Shown here: positions 1 to 12,779 of the stretch, piece after piece
How the letters are laid out: the number at the start of each line of letters is the position of its first letter
Numbering within the stretch: the first letter of the stretch is position 1
DNA from: Mobula hypostoma
Lineage: Eukaryota
DNA: 64,000 nucleotides
Direction of reading: 5' to 3'
Assembly (NCBI RefSeq): GCF_963921235.1
Contig: NC_086097.1
Span: 96,412,001-96,476,000, forward strand
Program-made: the position numbers and the translations under genes
Notes under the pieces: generated by a model
The model's database searches: none
What the model was told of the DNA's origin: nothing
The model's input: the letters and a program-made list of their open reading frames with translations, nothing else

Positions 1-3000
1 GGGAAAGATTCTGACAGTAATGGGGAAAAAAGGGGAACCTAAGCAAACTGAATTAACTTATGATACATTGTTGAATCTTTCAGTGAAAAATTTGAGGAAC
101 AACGTCAAAGTTTTAAAGAAGAGTTAAAGTCAATTAAGGATTCTTTAAAATCGCTTGATCCCGAAGTTAAGCAGCAACAAAGCAAAATCGCAGAATTGAA
201 TAAGGAAGCTTGGAAAAGCGAAGAAGTGATGAAGAAGTAACTGGCTTTCCAATCTCTGATGTCGGAATGTTATCAAAAAGGTCTCAGACCAGCTTTATTG
301 TATCCTGTGCGTTTAAGAATTTCTCCTCCGAACAGCCCATGCCGTTTCTTTAATTCCACAAGTGTTGTTCAAAGTTTCCTGGATGAGCATTATTCAACTG
401 CTATGGACTAATTAATGTATGGCTCTTGTATTACTGGCTTTGTTCTTACATGTTTTTTTAAAGCCTATAATTAACTTATGAAGATGGACCTTTATAAGTT
501 CAAGATTTTCGTTTTTGGTTGGTAGTGTAGGTATTTTTCATATTTTAGTTAGTTTTTTTGTTGATAAATTTGCTTTTTTCCATTTTGTTAATTTCTAAAT
601 TTATGATTTTTGAAACTGACATTAATGGTTTGATGTTGAATTTTTATTTCACTTGGGGATTATCGTGTTTTTTTGCTTCGTACAACCAAGGTGGCGTTTT
701 ACCACCTTCTTCCCATAATACCTTTCGTCTGTTTTTACTGCGCCATTTTTTGGGTTCCTTTCCCCATAAGACCTTTCTTTTTCTTGAAGAGCCAATTAAA
801 TTAATTGCTTATGTTTACAAAAGACTAATCATATGTATTGTCGCTTACTTTTTTTTCTTATTCAGAAATTACAATATGAAGATGTTTTATTTTATTGTAT
901 GTTTCAAATTTTTGTGATTTTCTTTTGTTGTTATAGTGTAGTGTTTTTTTTTTGGGTGGTTCTCTTTTCAACATATATCTTTTAAGCTGCCTTCTGGAGA
1001 AATGGGGGTAGATTTAGCGTTAGCTTATTCTCTGGCCTTTTCTTTGCTTAGTTTTGGGTCTTTATGAATGGAGGGTGGGGGGATTTTTACTATTAGTTCT
1101 TTCAAATGGGCTGACTTAGAACTATAAAAATGTCTGCAGTGTCATGAGTTCCGGTTCCTTTCTAAATTTTTGTTCCTCTTCCGATTTCATGAGTTTACAT
1201 TTTGGTTAACTCTTTACATATCAAAGGGTTGACTCCAGCAAAATATGGCTCAGATTATTAATTTTGTTTCTTGGAATACAAACGGTTAAAACCATCCGAT
1301 TAAACGAAAAAAGATTTTTGAAGTATTCCAGAGACTGAATGCTCATATTATTTTTGCACAAGAAACTCATGTGAGGAAAGAGGATAATCAGCGTTTCTTT
1401 AGGTTTTGGAAGGAATATAGGTATCATTAGAACTCTCAGGCTAAAGTGAAAGGAGTTACAATTTTTATAGATTCCTCAATTGCATTTCAACATCAGGTTT
1501 TTTTTTTCATTTCCGAATGGTAGGTTTTTGTTAATTACTGGTTTACTGTTTAACAAAAACATTGTTATGGTCAATGTTTATGCAACAAATGTGGATTACC
1601 CTGTATTTTATAAGCATTTATTTACTTCCCTTCCTAATTTAAATGATTATATGCTGATAATGGGTGGTGATTTTAATTGTTGTTTAATTCCTTTGATGGA
1701 TAGATCTATATCTAGTCAGGCATTACTGAATAAGTCGGCTACTCTTATCAACTCTTTTATAATTGATACTGGAATTTCAGAAATTTAGAGGTTTCTATAC
1801 CTTAAGGATAAAGTGTTTTCATTCTTCTCACACGTATATCATACTTATTCTAGAATTGACTACTTTTTTATTGACTCTTGTTTAATTCCATCTGTGATTG
1901 ACTGTAACTATGACATTATTGCCATTTCTGATCATGCACCATTGAAACTTTCTATCAAGTTAATGGATACATCTCCTAATACTAGACAGTGGCGGTTTAA
2001 TTCCAATCTGCTTCAAGATTCGGGTTTTGTTAAATTTATCAAAGAACAGATTGATTTCTTCTCTTTAATTAATATTACGGAAGAAATTTCCAGTGGGATA
2101 TTATGGGACACTTTTAAAGCATATACCCGTGGACAGATTATCTCCTATTCTGTTGGATTGAAAGAAACATATTAAGAATGAAATACTTGTGTTAATTGAC
2201 AAGATTAAAGAAGTTGATAAGAAATACTCCATTGCTCCTAGTAAGGAGCTTTATAAACAGAGAGTTGAACTTCAAATGGAACTTCGTTTATTACTAACAT
2301 CTTCGATTGAAAATCAACTAATGAAAACAAGAAGCAAGTTTTATATACATAGTGATAAATCTGGTAAATTATCAGCTAATCAATTAAAAACTGCTTCGGT
2401 TAAACATCAAATTATTAAGATTCGTAAACATGATGATACCTTGACAGTTGTTCATGATGAGATAAACAAATCTTTTCAAGAATTTTATACCTCTTTATAT
2501 TACTCAGAATTTCCTCATGATCCCAAAGAAATGTATGACTTTTTAAGGAAACTGAACTTTCCGAAATCAACACCCGAAGAACGTTTAACATTAGAAACAC
2601 CTAATAAAGGGTGCTATTTCTTCAATGAACTCTGGCAAAGCACCTGGTCTAGATGGCTATACAGTAGAATTCTTTAAGTTCTTTTCTTCTATTCTTTCTC
2701 CTTGGCTGTGTCGAGTTTTTAAAGATGCAATTAGAATAGGTAAATTACCACAATCATTTTATGGAGCTTCTGTTTCTCCAATTTTTAAAAAAAATAAAGA
2801 TCCTATTGAATGTGCATCATATAGACCGATATCCCTGTTGAATGTAGATTCTAAGATTTTTTTCTAAAATATTAGCAACTAGGTTAGAGAAGATATTGCC
2901 TCAAATTATCTCTGTGGATCAAACTTGATCTATTAAAAATCATTATTCATCTTTTAATATTAGGAGATTAATGAATACTGTTTATACTCCTTCACTTAGA

Positions 3001-5368
3001 ACTCCAGAATGTGTCATTTCATTAGATGCTGAGAAAGCATTTGACAGAGTTGAATGGCCATATTTATTCAGTACGTTTGAGAAGTTTAATTTCAGTCAGA
3101 TATTTATATCTTGGATTAAATTGATATATCATAGCCCTGTAGCTTCAGTTTTTAACTAATAATTAAAGATCTCCCTTTTTTCAGTTATTTCATGGTACTA
3201 GGTAGGGTTATCCTCTTACTCCATTATTATTTGATATTGCTCTAGAACTTTTAGCAATTGCTATTCAAGATTCAACTAATATTCTTGGTATCACCCGTGG
3301 GAATGAGATACATGTTATCACTATATGCAAATGATTTATTATTATATATTTCCAATCCTGAGTTTTATCCGTGTTGGCTCAGTTTAGTAACTTTTCTGGT
3401 TATAAATTGAACCTTAATAAGAGTGAACTTTTTCTGTTAAATATGCAGTTTCCAATTTATGAATGTTTACCATTCAGATTGGTTACCAACTATTTTACTT
3501 ATTTAGGGGTCAAAATTACTAAGAAGCACAAGAATTTATTTGAGGCTAATTTTTTACCTTTAATTGATCAGATTAAATATCTGTTTACTAAATGGTCACC
3601 AATATCTTTGTCATTGGTCGGATCAATGCTGACAAGATGATTATTTTACCTAAATTTTTATACTTATTTCAAGTGATGCCAATTTTTATTCCGAAATCCT
3701 TTTTCGATAATGTCGACTCTAAAATTTCTTCATATATATGGCAGAATAAGAATCCTAGATTAGGTAAAAGACACTTCCAGAAGTCTAAGAAGGAGGGTGG
3801 TCTGGCATTGCTGAACTTTAGATTTCAATATTGGGCAATTAATATTCGATATTTAAAATTTCGAACATGGAACTTGGATATAATTTCAAGTCCACATTGG
3901 GTAAATCTTGAATGTAAATCTGTACAAGGGTTTTCACTGGGTTCTATTTTAGGGACCTCACTTCCCTTTGCTCTTTCTAAATTGGATAAACAAATGGATA
4001 ATCCAATAGTTAAATATACTCTACAAATATGGTTTCAATTTCGAAAATTTTTTGGGTGGAATCAATTTATTCTTGCAAGCCCTATTATATCTATTTTTTT
4101 TTCAACCCTCTATTATGGAGCAAGCCTATTTGGTTTGGAAAGCAAAAGGTATATTACGATTTTGTGATCTATTTTTGGATAATTGTTTCATGTCCTTTGA
4201 ACAATTATCTAATAAATATAATTTACCTAGATCCCATTTCTTTAGATATTTCCAGATTAGAAACTTTTGAAATACTGTTCTTCCTACCTTTCCGAATTTA
4301 TATCCAATGGTTATCATGGAAAATTTTAGATTTAAATACTTTTCAGAAAGGTTTAATAGCAACTATTTATAATATGATTATGAAAATACACCCAGACTTA
4401 TCTAATAAAATTAAGAATGATTGGGAAAAAGGAACTTAAGCTTACTTTACCTATAGAGAAATGGGAAAAAGATTTTTCAATTAGTTCATTCTTCCTCTAT
4501 ATGTGCTAAACATGCACTGATACAGTTTAAAGTAGTACATAGGGCCCATATGCCTAAAGAAAAACTAGCTCGTTATTACTCTCATATAAATCCTGTATGT
4601 GACAGATGTCACTCTGAGATAGCTTCTTTAACTCACATGTTTTGGTCATGTCCTTTTTTGAAAAATATTAGAAAGATATCTTTGATATTATTTCAACTGT
4701 TCTGGATATTGATTTACAACCTCACCCCATTACTGCAATTTTTGGTTTACCAATGATAGAACAAAGTCATTTGACCTCTTTAGCTCTTCGGATAATTGCA
4801 TTTGTTACATTAATGGCTAGAAGATCCATATTATTGAATTGGAAAGAGATTAATGCTCCCACTACATTTCAATGGTTCTCTCAAATTATGTTGTGTTTAA
4901 ATTTAGAAAAAATTAGAAGTGTCATTTATGATACTTCTATTAAATTTGAAAATATTTGAAGGCCATTTATTCAACACTTCCATATGATGTAATTTGACCC
5001 TCTCCAATCCTATTCTATTACTTTTAAATATATGGAGAGAGGAGCAGAGTCAATGACACTAATGGTCCTATCTGACGTAACACAACAGCCCATGTCTTTT
5101 TCTTTAGTTTAGTTGATTAGTATTGTTTAGATTAGTGCTTTTTTTTTCAAATTGGGGTATTTTATATTTTTTTCTTTTCTTTTTTCATGATATTTTTGCA
5201 TCTTTTTTTTCTTATATTTGTATTCTGTAAGATTTTGGGAGGTTTAATATCTGTGTGTTAACTGTCTTTATATTTATATATGCTAATTGTTAACAACGTA
5301 ATCCCAAAAGCTCTGTATTAATATTCTGTTATGTTAAATATTTTGATATTAATAAAAAGATTGAAAGA
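1..5368 (+). mobile_element. L1-clade LINE, decayed, 5' end outside the window: ORF1 C-terminus (to ~414), ~830-bp T-rich inter-ORF spacer, ORF2, 3' UTR
   Basis: ORF2 motifs (next feature); T-rich 3' UTR ending in AATAAAAAGATTGAAAG at ~5351-5367. Confidence 0.93.
1245..4992 (+). pseudogene. L1 ORF2 (APE endonuclease, reverse transcriptase, Cys-rich knuckle), many frameshifts and stops
   Basis: Fragments in order: MAQIINFVSWN, GGDFN, SRIDYF, SDHAP, GKAPGLDG, YRPISL, SLDAEKAFDRVEW, YAND (YADD), SGYKLN, CDRC..H..WSC. Confidence 0.93.
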
Positions 5369-6297
5369 GTGGATGATAATATGGTAAACTACTTTGCGAA
5401 TGACACCAAGATTGGGAGTAATGCACAGCGATGAAAGTTAACAAAGCCCTCAGCATGATCAGGATGAGTTGGTAAAATGGGTTCAAAACTGGCAGATGAA
5501 ATTTAAAGCACATGTGTGAGGAATTGCACTTTTGGAGGACAAACCAAGGTAGGACTTACACAGTGCATGGTAGGGCACTGAGGAATGTGGAAGAACAGAA
5601 GAATCTGGGAATACAGATCCAAAATTTCTTATAAGTAGTGTCACGGGTAGATAGGGTTATAAAGAGAACTTTAGGTATTCATAAATTAATGTATTAAGTA
5701 CAGGAGTCGGGATATTATGTTGAAGTTATATAAAACATTGAGGTCATATATGGAGTATTGTGTGCAATTCCGGTCACCTATACAAAGGAAAATTATCAAT
5801 ACGGTTGAAAGAACAGAAAATTTACAATAACATTGCCAGAATTTGAAGATCTGAGTTATAGAGAAAAGTTGAATAGGTTAGAACTTCATTCTCTTGAGCA
5901 TAGAATGAGTGGAAATTTGATGAAGGTATACAAAATTATGAAGAGTATAGATAGGGTTAACGCAAGCAGGCTTTTTCCACTGAGGTTAGATAAAACTAGA
6001 ACTAGAGGTCAAAGGGTGAGGGTGAAAGGTGAAATTATTTACAGGGACCCTGAGGAGGAATTTCTTCACTCAGAGGATGGTGTAAATATGGAATGAGCTG
6101 CCAGAGGAAGTCGTGGATGTGGAATCAATTTCAATATTTACGAGAAGCTTGGATACGTACTGTACGTGGGCAGAAAGGATGTGGAGGGCTATGGTCCAAG
6201 TGCAGGTTGATAGGATTAGGCAGAATAGCATTTCAGCATGGATTAGATGGGCCAAAGGGCCTGTTTCTGTGCTGTAGTTTTCTATGACTCCATGATT
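5369..6297 (+). mobile_element. CR1 LINE 3' fragment, decayed
   Basis: FANDTK, HMEYCVQF, LSYREKLNRLEL, RTRG; CR1-type end GGGCCTGTTTCTGTGCTGTA. Confidence 0.88.
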
Positions 6298-6424
6298 ATA
6301 AGGTTATCACCTGATATATAGAAGAGCAATCTGAAAATAATATCATTTTAAAATATATTAAGTATGAGAACTAAGGCATTTTTCACATCATGAAAATAAT
6401 GCAGTGTTGAACACACAGTATATA

Positions 6425-6579
6425 CAGGTTGACCTTCACTAATCCGAGTACCTGTAATCCAGTTCCTTCGATAACCTGGCACTGATTATGCTTAAAGTGA
6501 TCCTTCTGTAATTCGGCATTTTCACTAATCCGGCACTCCTCAGGTCCCAGTGGTGCCAGGATTAGTGAAGGTCGACCTG
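6425..6579. mobile_element. Tc1/mariner (Tigger-like) MITE
   Basis: 21-bp TIRs CAGGTTGACCTTCACTAATCC / GGATTAGTGAAGGTCGACCTG (1 mismatch), TA on both sides. Confidence 0.9.
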
Positions 6580-6920
6580 TACTTTGTTTTTTCCAGATAA
6601 ATAGACTTGTTGGTTCCTGCTGAATCGATACTATTTCATCCAGATTCAACCCAGATTGAGATTTATAACTACTGTTCAAAATAAGTAACAAGTTAGTGCA
6701 GCATGGATGGCATACTGAATTGTCAGAAGTATTGATTTTCAAATGAAAATGTTACCAGCTAGATCACAGATATTAAAGGTCCCACAACAGTGTTCAAAGA
6801 AGTCAATATTTTTTTACGATGCAAACAACAGGAATACTGCAGATGCTGGAAATTCAAGCAACATACATCAAAGTTGCTGGTGAACGCAGCAGGCCAAGCA
6901 GCATCTATAGGAAGAGGCGT

Positions 6921-6956
6921 AGTCAACGTTTCAGGCCGAGACCCTTCGTCAGGACT
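6921..6956 (-). ncRNA. Minimal type-I hammerhead ribozyme motif
   Basis: Minus strand AGTC-CTGACGA-A-GGGT-CTCG-GCCT-GAAA-CG-TT-GACT. Confidence 0.8.
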
Positions 6957-8338
6957 AACTGAAGGAAGAGTGAGTAAGGGATTTGAAAGCTGGAGGGGGA
7001 GGGGGAGATGCAAAACGATAGGAGAAGACAGGAGGGGGAGGGATAGAGCCGAGAGCTGGACAGGTGATAGGCAAAAGGGGATACGAGAGGATCATGGGAC
7101 AGGAGGTCCGGGAAGAAAGACAAGGGGGGGGGTGACCCAGAGGATGGGCAAGAGGTATATTCAGAGGGACAGAGGGAGAAAAAGGAGAGTGAGAGAAAGA
7201 ATGTGTGCATAAAAATGAGTAACAGATGGGGTACGAGGGGGAGGTGGGGCCTTAGCGGAAGTTAGAGAAGTCGATGTTCATGCCATCAGGTTGGAGGCTA
7301 CCCAGACGGAATATAAGGTGTTGTTCCTCCAACCTGAGTGTGGCTTCATCTTTACAGTAGAGGAGGCCGTGGATAGACATGTCAGAATGGGAATGGGATG
7401 TGGAATTAAAATGTGTGGCCACTGGGAGATCCTGCTTTCTCTGGCGGACAGAGCATAGATGTTCAGCAAAGCGGTCTCCCAGTCTGCGTCGGGTCTCACC
7501 AATATATAAAAGGCCACATCGGGAGCACCGGACGCAGTATATCACCCCAGTCGACTCACAGGTGAAGTGATGCCTCACCTGGAAGGACTGTTTGGGGCCC
7601 TGAATGGTGGTAAGGGAGGAAGTGTAAGGGCATGTGTGGCACTTGTTCCGCTTACACGGATAAGTGCCAGGAGGGAGATCAGTGGGGAGGGATGGGGGGG
7701 ACGAATGGACAAGGGAGTTGTGTAGGGAGCGATCCCTGCGGAATGCAGAGAGGGGGGGAGGGAAAGATGTGCTTAGTGGTGGGATCCTGTTGGAGGTGGC
7801 GGAAGTTACGGAGAATAATATGTTGGACCCGGAGGCTGGTGGGGTGGTAGGTGAGGACCAGGGGAACCCTATTCCTAGTGGGGTGGTGGGAGGATGGAGT
7901 GAGAGCAGATGTACGTGAAATGGGGGAGATGCGTTTAAGAGCAGAGTTGATAGTGGAGGAAGGGAAGCCCCTTTCTTTAAAAAATGAAGACATCTCCCTC
8001 GTCCTAGAATGAAAAGCCTCATCCTGAGAGCAGATGCGGCGCAGGCCCCACCTCCCCCTCGTACCCCATCTGTTACTCATTTTTATGCACACATTCTTTC
8101 TCTCACTCTCCTTTTTCTCCCTCTGTCCCTCTGAATATACCTCTTGCCCATCCTCTGGGTCACCCCCCCCCTTGTCTTTCTTCCCAGACCTCCTGTCCCA
8201 TGATCCTCTCGTATCCCCTTTTGTCTATCACCTGTCCAGCTCTCGGCTCTATCCCTCCCCCTCCTGTCTTCTCCTATCATTTTGGATCTCCCCCTCCCCC
8301 TCCAACTTTCAAATCCCTTACTCACTCTTCCTTCAGTT

Positions 8339-8374
8339 AGTCCTGACGAAGGGTCTCGGCCTGAAACGTCGACT
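8339..8374 (+). ncRNA. Minimal type-I hammerhead ribozyme motif
   Basis: AGTC-CTGACGA-A-GGGT-CTCG-GCCT-GAAA-CG-TC-GACT; helix I AGTC/GACT. Confidence 0.85.
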
Positions 8375-8628
8375 GCGCCTCTTCCTATAGATGCTGCTTG
8401 GCCTGCTGCGTTCACAGCAACTTTGATGTATGTTGCTTTTTTTAGAAAATCATAGAAACATAGATGAATTATCACAGTCATTATCCCAATGTAGCAGGGT
8501 CTAAAACTAGAGGATACAAGTTGAAGTGAGAGGAGACCACAATTTAAAGGGAAAGTGAGAGACAACTTTTTCCATACAGAGAAAGGTGGGTGCAGTATAT
8601 GGAATGAGCTGCTAAAGAATGTGATAGA

Positions 8629-8750
8629 GATCAGAATCGGGTTCATTATCACCGGCATGCGTCATGAAATTCATTAACTTAGTAGCAGCAGTAGAATGCA
8701 ATACATGATAATATAAAAAGAAAAAATAAGTAGATCAATTACAGTAAGTA
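8629..8750 (-). mobile_element. 3' tail fragment of a Rex/Babar-like LINE
   Basis: Reverse complement matches the 3' end at 56583-56648 (AATTTCA..CATGC.GGTGATAAT.AACC.GATTCTGAT). Confidence 0.75.
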
Positions 8751-8756
8751 TATATT

Positions 8757-9930
8757 CAGTGCCTATAAAAATACATCACCTTGGAAGTTTTCATATTTTG
8801 TTTTACAACATTAAATCACAGTGGATCTAATTTGGCTTTTTTGACACTGATCAACAGAAAAAGACTTTCCTGTCAAAGTGAAGACATATCTCTACAAAGT
8901 GATCTAAATTAATTACAAATATAAAACAAAATAATTGATTACACAAGTATTTGCCCCCTTCAAGTCAGTAGATGCACCTTTGGTAGCAGTTACAACCTTG
9001 AGACTGTGTGGATAGGTCTCTATCAGCTTTGCATATCTGGACACTGCAATTTTCCCCCCATTCTTCTTTATAAAACTGCTCTAGCTCTGTTGACTGCATG
9101 GGGATTGTGAGTGAACAGTCCTTTTCAAGTCCAGCCACAAATTCTCAATTGCATTGAGGTCAGGATTCTAAATTTGGCCACTCCAGGACATTAACTTTGT
9201 TTTATTTTAAGCCATTCCTGTGTAACTTTGGCGTTATGCTTGGGGTCATTGTCTTGCTGGAAAAAGAAATCTTCTGCCAGGTTGCAGTTCTCTTGCAGAC
9301 TGCATTAGGCTTTCCTCCAGGATTTCCCCGTATTTGCTGCATTTATTTTACCCTCTACCTTCACAAGGTTTCCAGGGCCTGCTGCAGTGAAGCATCCCCA
9401 CAGCATGATGCAGCCACCACCATGCTTCATGGTAGGGATAGTGTGTTTTTGATGATGTACAGTGTTTAGTCCGATGGCCAAAAAGCTCAATTTTGGTTTC
9501 ATCAGACCATAGCACTTTCTTCCAGCTGACTTCAGAGTCTCCTACATGCCTTCTGGCAAACACTAACTGAGATTTCATGAGTTTTTTTTTACAGTGGCTT
9601 TCTCTTTGCCATTCTCCCATAAAGCTGCGACTCGTGAAGCACCTGGGCAACAGTTGTAGGATGCGCAGTCTCTCTCATCTCAGCAACTGAAGCTTGTAAC
9701 TCCTTCAGAGTTGTCATAGGTGTCTTAGTGGCTTCCCCTCACTAGTCCCCTTCTTTCACGGTCACTAAGTTTTTGAGGACTACCTACTCTAGTCAGATTT
9801 ACAGCTGTGCCATATTCTTTCCATTTCTTGATAATTGACTGTACTCCAAGGGATGTACAGTGCCTTGGAAATTTTCTGGTATCCATCCTCTGACTTGTGC
9901 TTTTCAATAACCTTTTCGCCAAGTTGTTGG
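8757..9930 (-). mobile_element. Tc1-family DNA transposon, decayed, one end lost
   Basis: End begins CAGTGCCTATAAAA; minus-strand fragments GYQKISKAL, WKKVLWSDETKIELFG, KHGGGCIMLWGCF, FQQDNDPKH. Confidence 0.92.
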
Positions 9931-11077
9931 ATTTTAAAAGCTTCCAAATCACCTAACTTCCCACTCACTTTTGCTACCTGAAAGGCCCTTTCCTCGCTTT
10001 TACGCATTCCTTAATTTCCCTTGTCAGCCACAGTTGCCTAGCCCTGCCATTTGAGAACTACTTCTTCTGTGGGACATATCTATCCTGCGCCTAGTGAACA
10101 TTCCCAGAAACTTCAGCCACCTCTGTTCTGCCTTCATCCCTGCCAATATCCCTCTAATCCATCTGGGCAAGCTCCTCTCTCAGGCCCTTATAATTCCCTT
10201 TATTCCATTCCGATACTTATACATCTGACTTGGGCGTCTGCCTCTGAAATTGCAGTAAGAATTCAATCATATTATGAACACTACCTTCTAAGGATTCCCT
10301 TATGTTAAGCTAATAGTTGGATGATTCAGTTATTACACAACACCCAATCTAAGATGGCCTTTCCCCTAGTAGGCTCAAGCACATGCCACTCTAAAAAGAT
10401 ATCTTGTAAGCATTCACAAATTCTCTCTTTTGCAATTCAACACCAACCTGATTTTCCCAATCCCCTTACATGTTGAGGTCCCCCATTACAATTGTGATAT
10501 TACCCTGATTACACACCCTTTCCAACTCCCTTTGCAATCTCAAACCCACACCTTGGCTACTTTTTGGGGCCTATATATGATTCCCATAATGATCCTTTAC
10601 CCTTGCAGTCTCTTAACTCCACCCACAAAGATTCTACATTCTCTGACTCTATGTTACCTCTTTCTAAAGACTCAATTCCACCTCTTACCAATAAAGTCAC
10701 ACCACTGCCTATGCCTTCCTGCCTGTCCTTTCAATATAAAGTATATCCTTTGATGTTAAACTCCCAGCTATGATCTTCTTTCAGCCACAACTGTGGTGCC
10801 CACAACGTCATACTGACCAATTTAATTGCACCATGAGTTCATCCACCTTATTCTGAATGCTATGGGCATTTAAATACAGCATCTTTGGTCCTGCATTCTG
10901 TGCCCTTATGAATTTTGCCTCTGTGGTACAACTCTGCTCTGTATGCAGTTGTACCCAATCATTGGGATGTCCTTCCTTGCATTCATATTACATATTACAT
11001 CATCTATCTGTAAACCTGCTGGCTCACCTTCAGCTCTATTATACTGATTCCCATCCACCTGCCATATTAGTTTAAAC

Positions 11078-12303
11078 CAGCGGTCCCCAACCACCGGGCC
11101 ATGGACCGGTACCGGGCCGCAAAGCATGTGCTACCGGGCCGCGAGGAAATGATATGATTTGGCGATATGAGTCAGCTGCACCTTTCCTCATTTCCTATCA
11201 TGCCCACTGTTGAGCTTGAACACACACGAGCTCATTACCCACGCGTCATCCATGTCAGCGCGGGAAGGAGATCAACTCCTCGAGCTTGCAAATGACGGTG
11301 GGCTGAAAAGTATATTTGACATAACAGCTCTGCTGGCATTCTGGATCAAAGTCAAGGCTAAATATCCTGAGATAGCCACGAAAGCACTGAAAACGTTGCT
11401 TCCATTTCCAACATATCTCTGCAATGAATGCAACGAAAACTAAATTGCGGAATAGACTGGACATAAGGAACCCCTTTCTAGTACCGCTATCTCCCACCAG
11501 CCCTCGATGGGATCGTCTTGTTGCAGGGAAACAAGTATTCAGCACAGAGCTCCCACTGATTCAGCGATATTGGTACGTTGCAATGATTTTATATGTTCAT
11601 ACAGGGAAAATATGCGCTGTGTGTTTAATATCCAAACGTTACTTAAAATGTTATGATGCTATTGACTTATAAGTGACTGATATAACCATATAACAATTAC
11701 AGCACAGAAACAGGCCATCTCTGCCTTTCTAGTCCGTACCCAATGTTACTCACACCTAGTCCCACCGACCTGCAGTCAGCCCATAACCCTCCATTCCTTT
11801 CCTGTCCATATACCTATCCAATTTTTCTTTAAATGATAATATCGAACCTGCCTCTACCACTTCTACTGGAGGTTCGTTCAACACTTACTTCAAGCTCCCC
11901 TGTCCTCCCCTGTTAATTCACTTATCACTATATTCATGCGAAGAAAATATGCGCTGTGTGTTTAATATTAAATTCGTTAGATAAACCCTTTTAGAAACTA
12001 AATTGAGTCTATTAGCCATTTATCACCTATATTCTGGTCGTGATTAACACCCTCCCCCCCAACCCCGAACAGAATCACCAAAATCAATTTGCAGAAAAGA
12101 AATCGGCACGTGCACGCATGTGCACACAGGTGCCCGCGCAAGGCTTCATGGTCATTGTAGTCTTTCTCGGGGTAAGCACAACGTATTTGACTTCTACTCT
12201 TGTCTGTTGGCAACCCTACCCCACCCCCCTCCAGTCAGCCAGTCCGCAAGAATATTGTCAATATGAAACCGGTCCGCAGTGCAAAAAAGTTTGGGGACCC
12301 CTG
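11078..12303 (+). mobile_element. hAT (Charlie-like) non-autonomous DNA transposon
   Basis: TIRs CAGCGGTCCCCAA / TTGGGGACCCCTG; perfect 8-bp TSD GTTTAAAC (11070-11077, 12304-12311); dimerisation-domain remnant FWIKVKAKYPEIATKALKTLLPFPTYLC, KTKLRNRLD. Confidence 0.95.
11682..11880 (-). mobile_element. CR1 3' end fragment inside the hAT element
   Basis: Reverse complement has GGCCTGTTTCTGTGCTGTAATTGTTATATGGTTATA, a CR1-type tail. Confidence 0.75.
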
Positions 12304-12779
12304 GTTTAAACCACTCCTAACAGCTCCAGCAAACCTGTTCGCAAGGATATTGGTCCCCCTCAGATTCGAGGCAACTAGTCCCTTGTGTACAGGTCACACC
12401 TGCCCCAGAAGAGGTCCCAATGATCCTGAAATCTGAATCCCTACTCCCTGCTCTAATTCTTCAGCCATGCATTTATCCACCACCTCACTCTATTCCTATC
12501 CTCACTGTTGCGTGGCACAGGCAGCAATCCCAAGCTTACTACCCTTGAGGTCCTGCTTCTCATCTTCCTTCCTAATTCCCTATATTCTGTTTACAGGACC
12601 TCCTCCCTTTTTCTGCCTATGTCATTGGTACCAATATATACCACAACCTCTGGATGCTCACTCTCCCTTTCCAGAATATTGTGGACATGTTCAAAAACAT
12701 CACGGACCCTGGCATCTGGGAGGCAAACTATGATGTGTTTCCTTTTCATGTCCACAGAATCGCTCACCTGTCCCCCTAA

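Larger units (their letters stand above)
6821..8438 (-). mobile_element. Penelope-like element (Neptune type), 5'-truncated, with inverted terminal repeat
   Basis: Minus-strand Cys linker CKRNKCHTC plus GIY-YIG (VIYC..LYIGETRR..R..EH..LEE..GMN) at 7252-8041; ~6857-7251 is repeated inverted at ~8043-8438. Confidence 0.95.

Noticed and set aside
558..917. Hydrophobic 119-aa ORF
   Set aside because: By-product of the T-rich L1 inter-ORF spacer; non-ATG start
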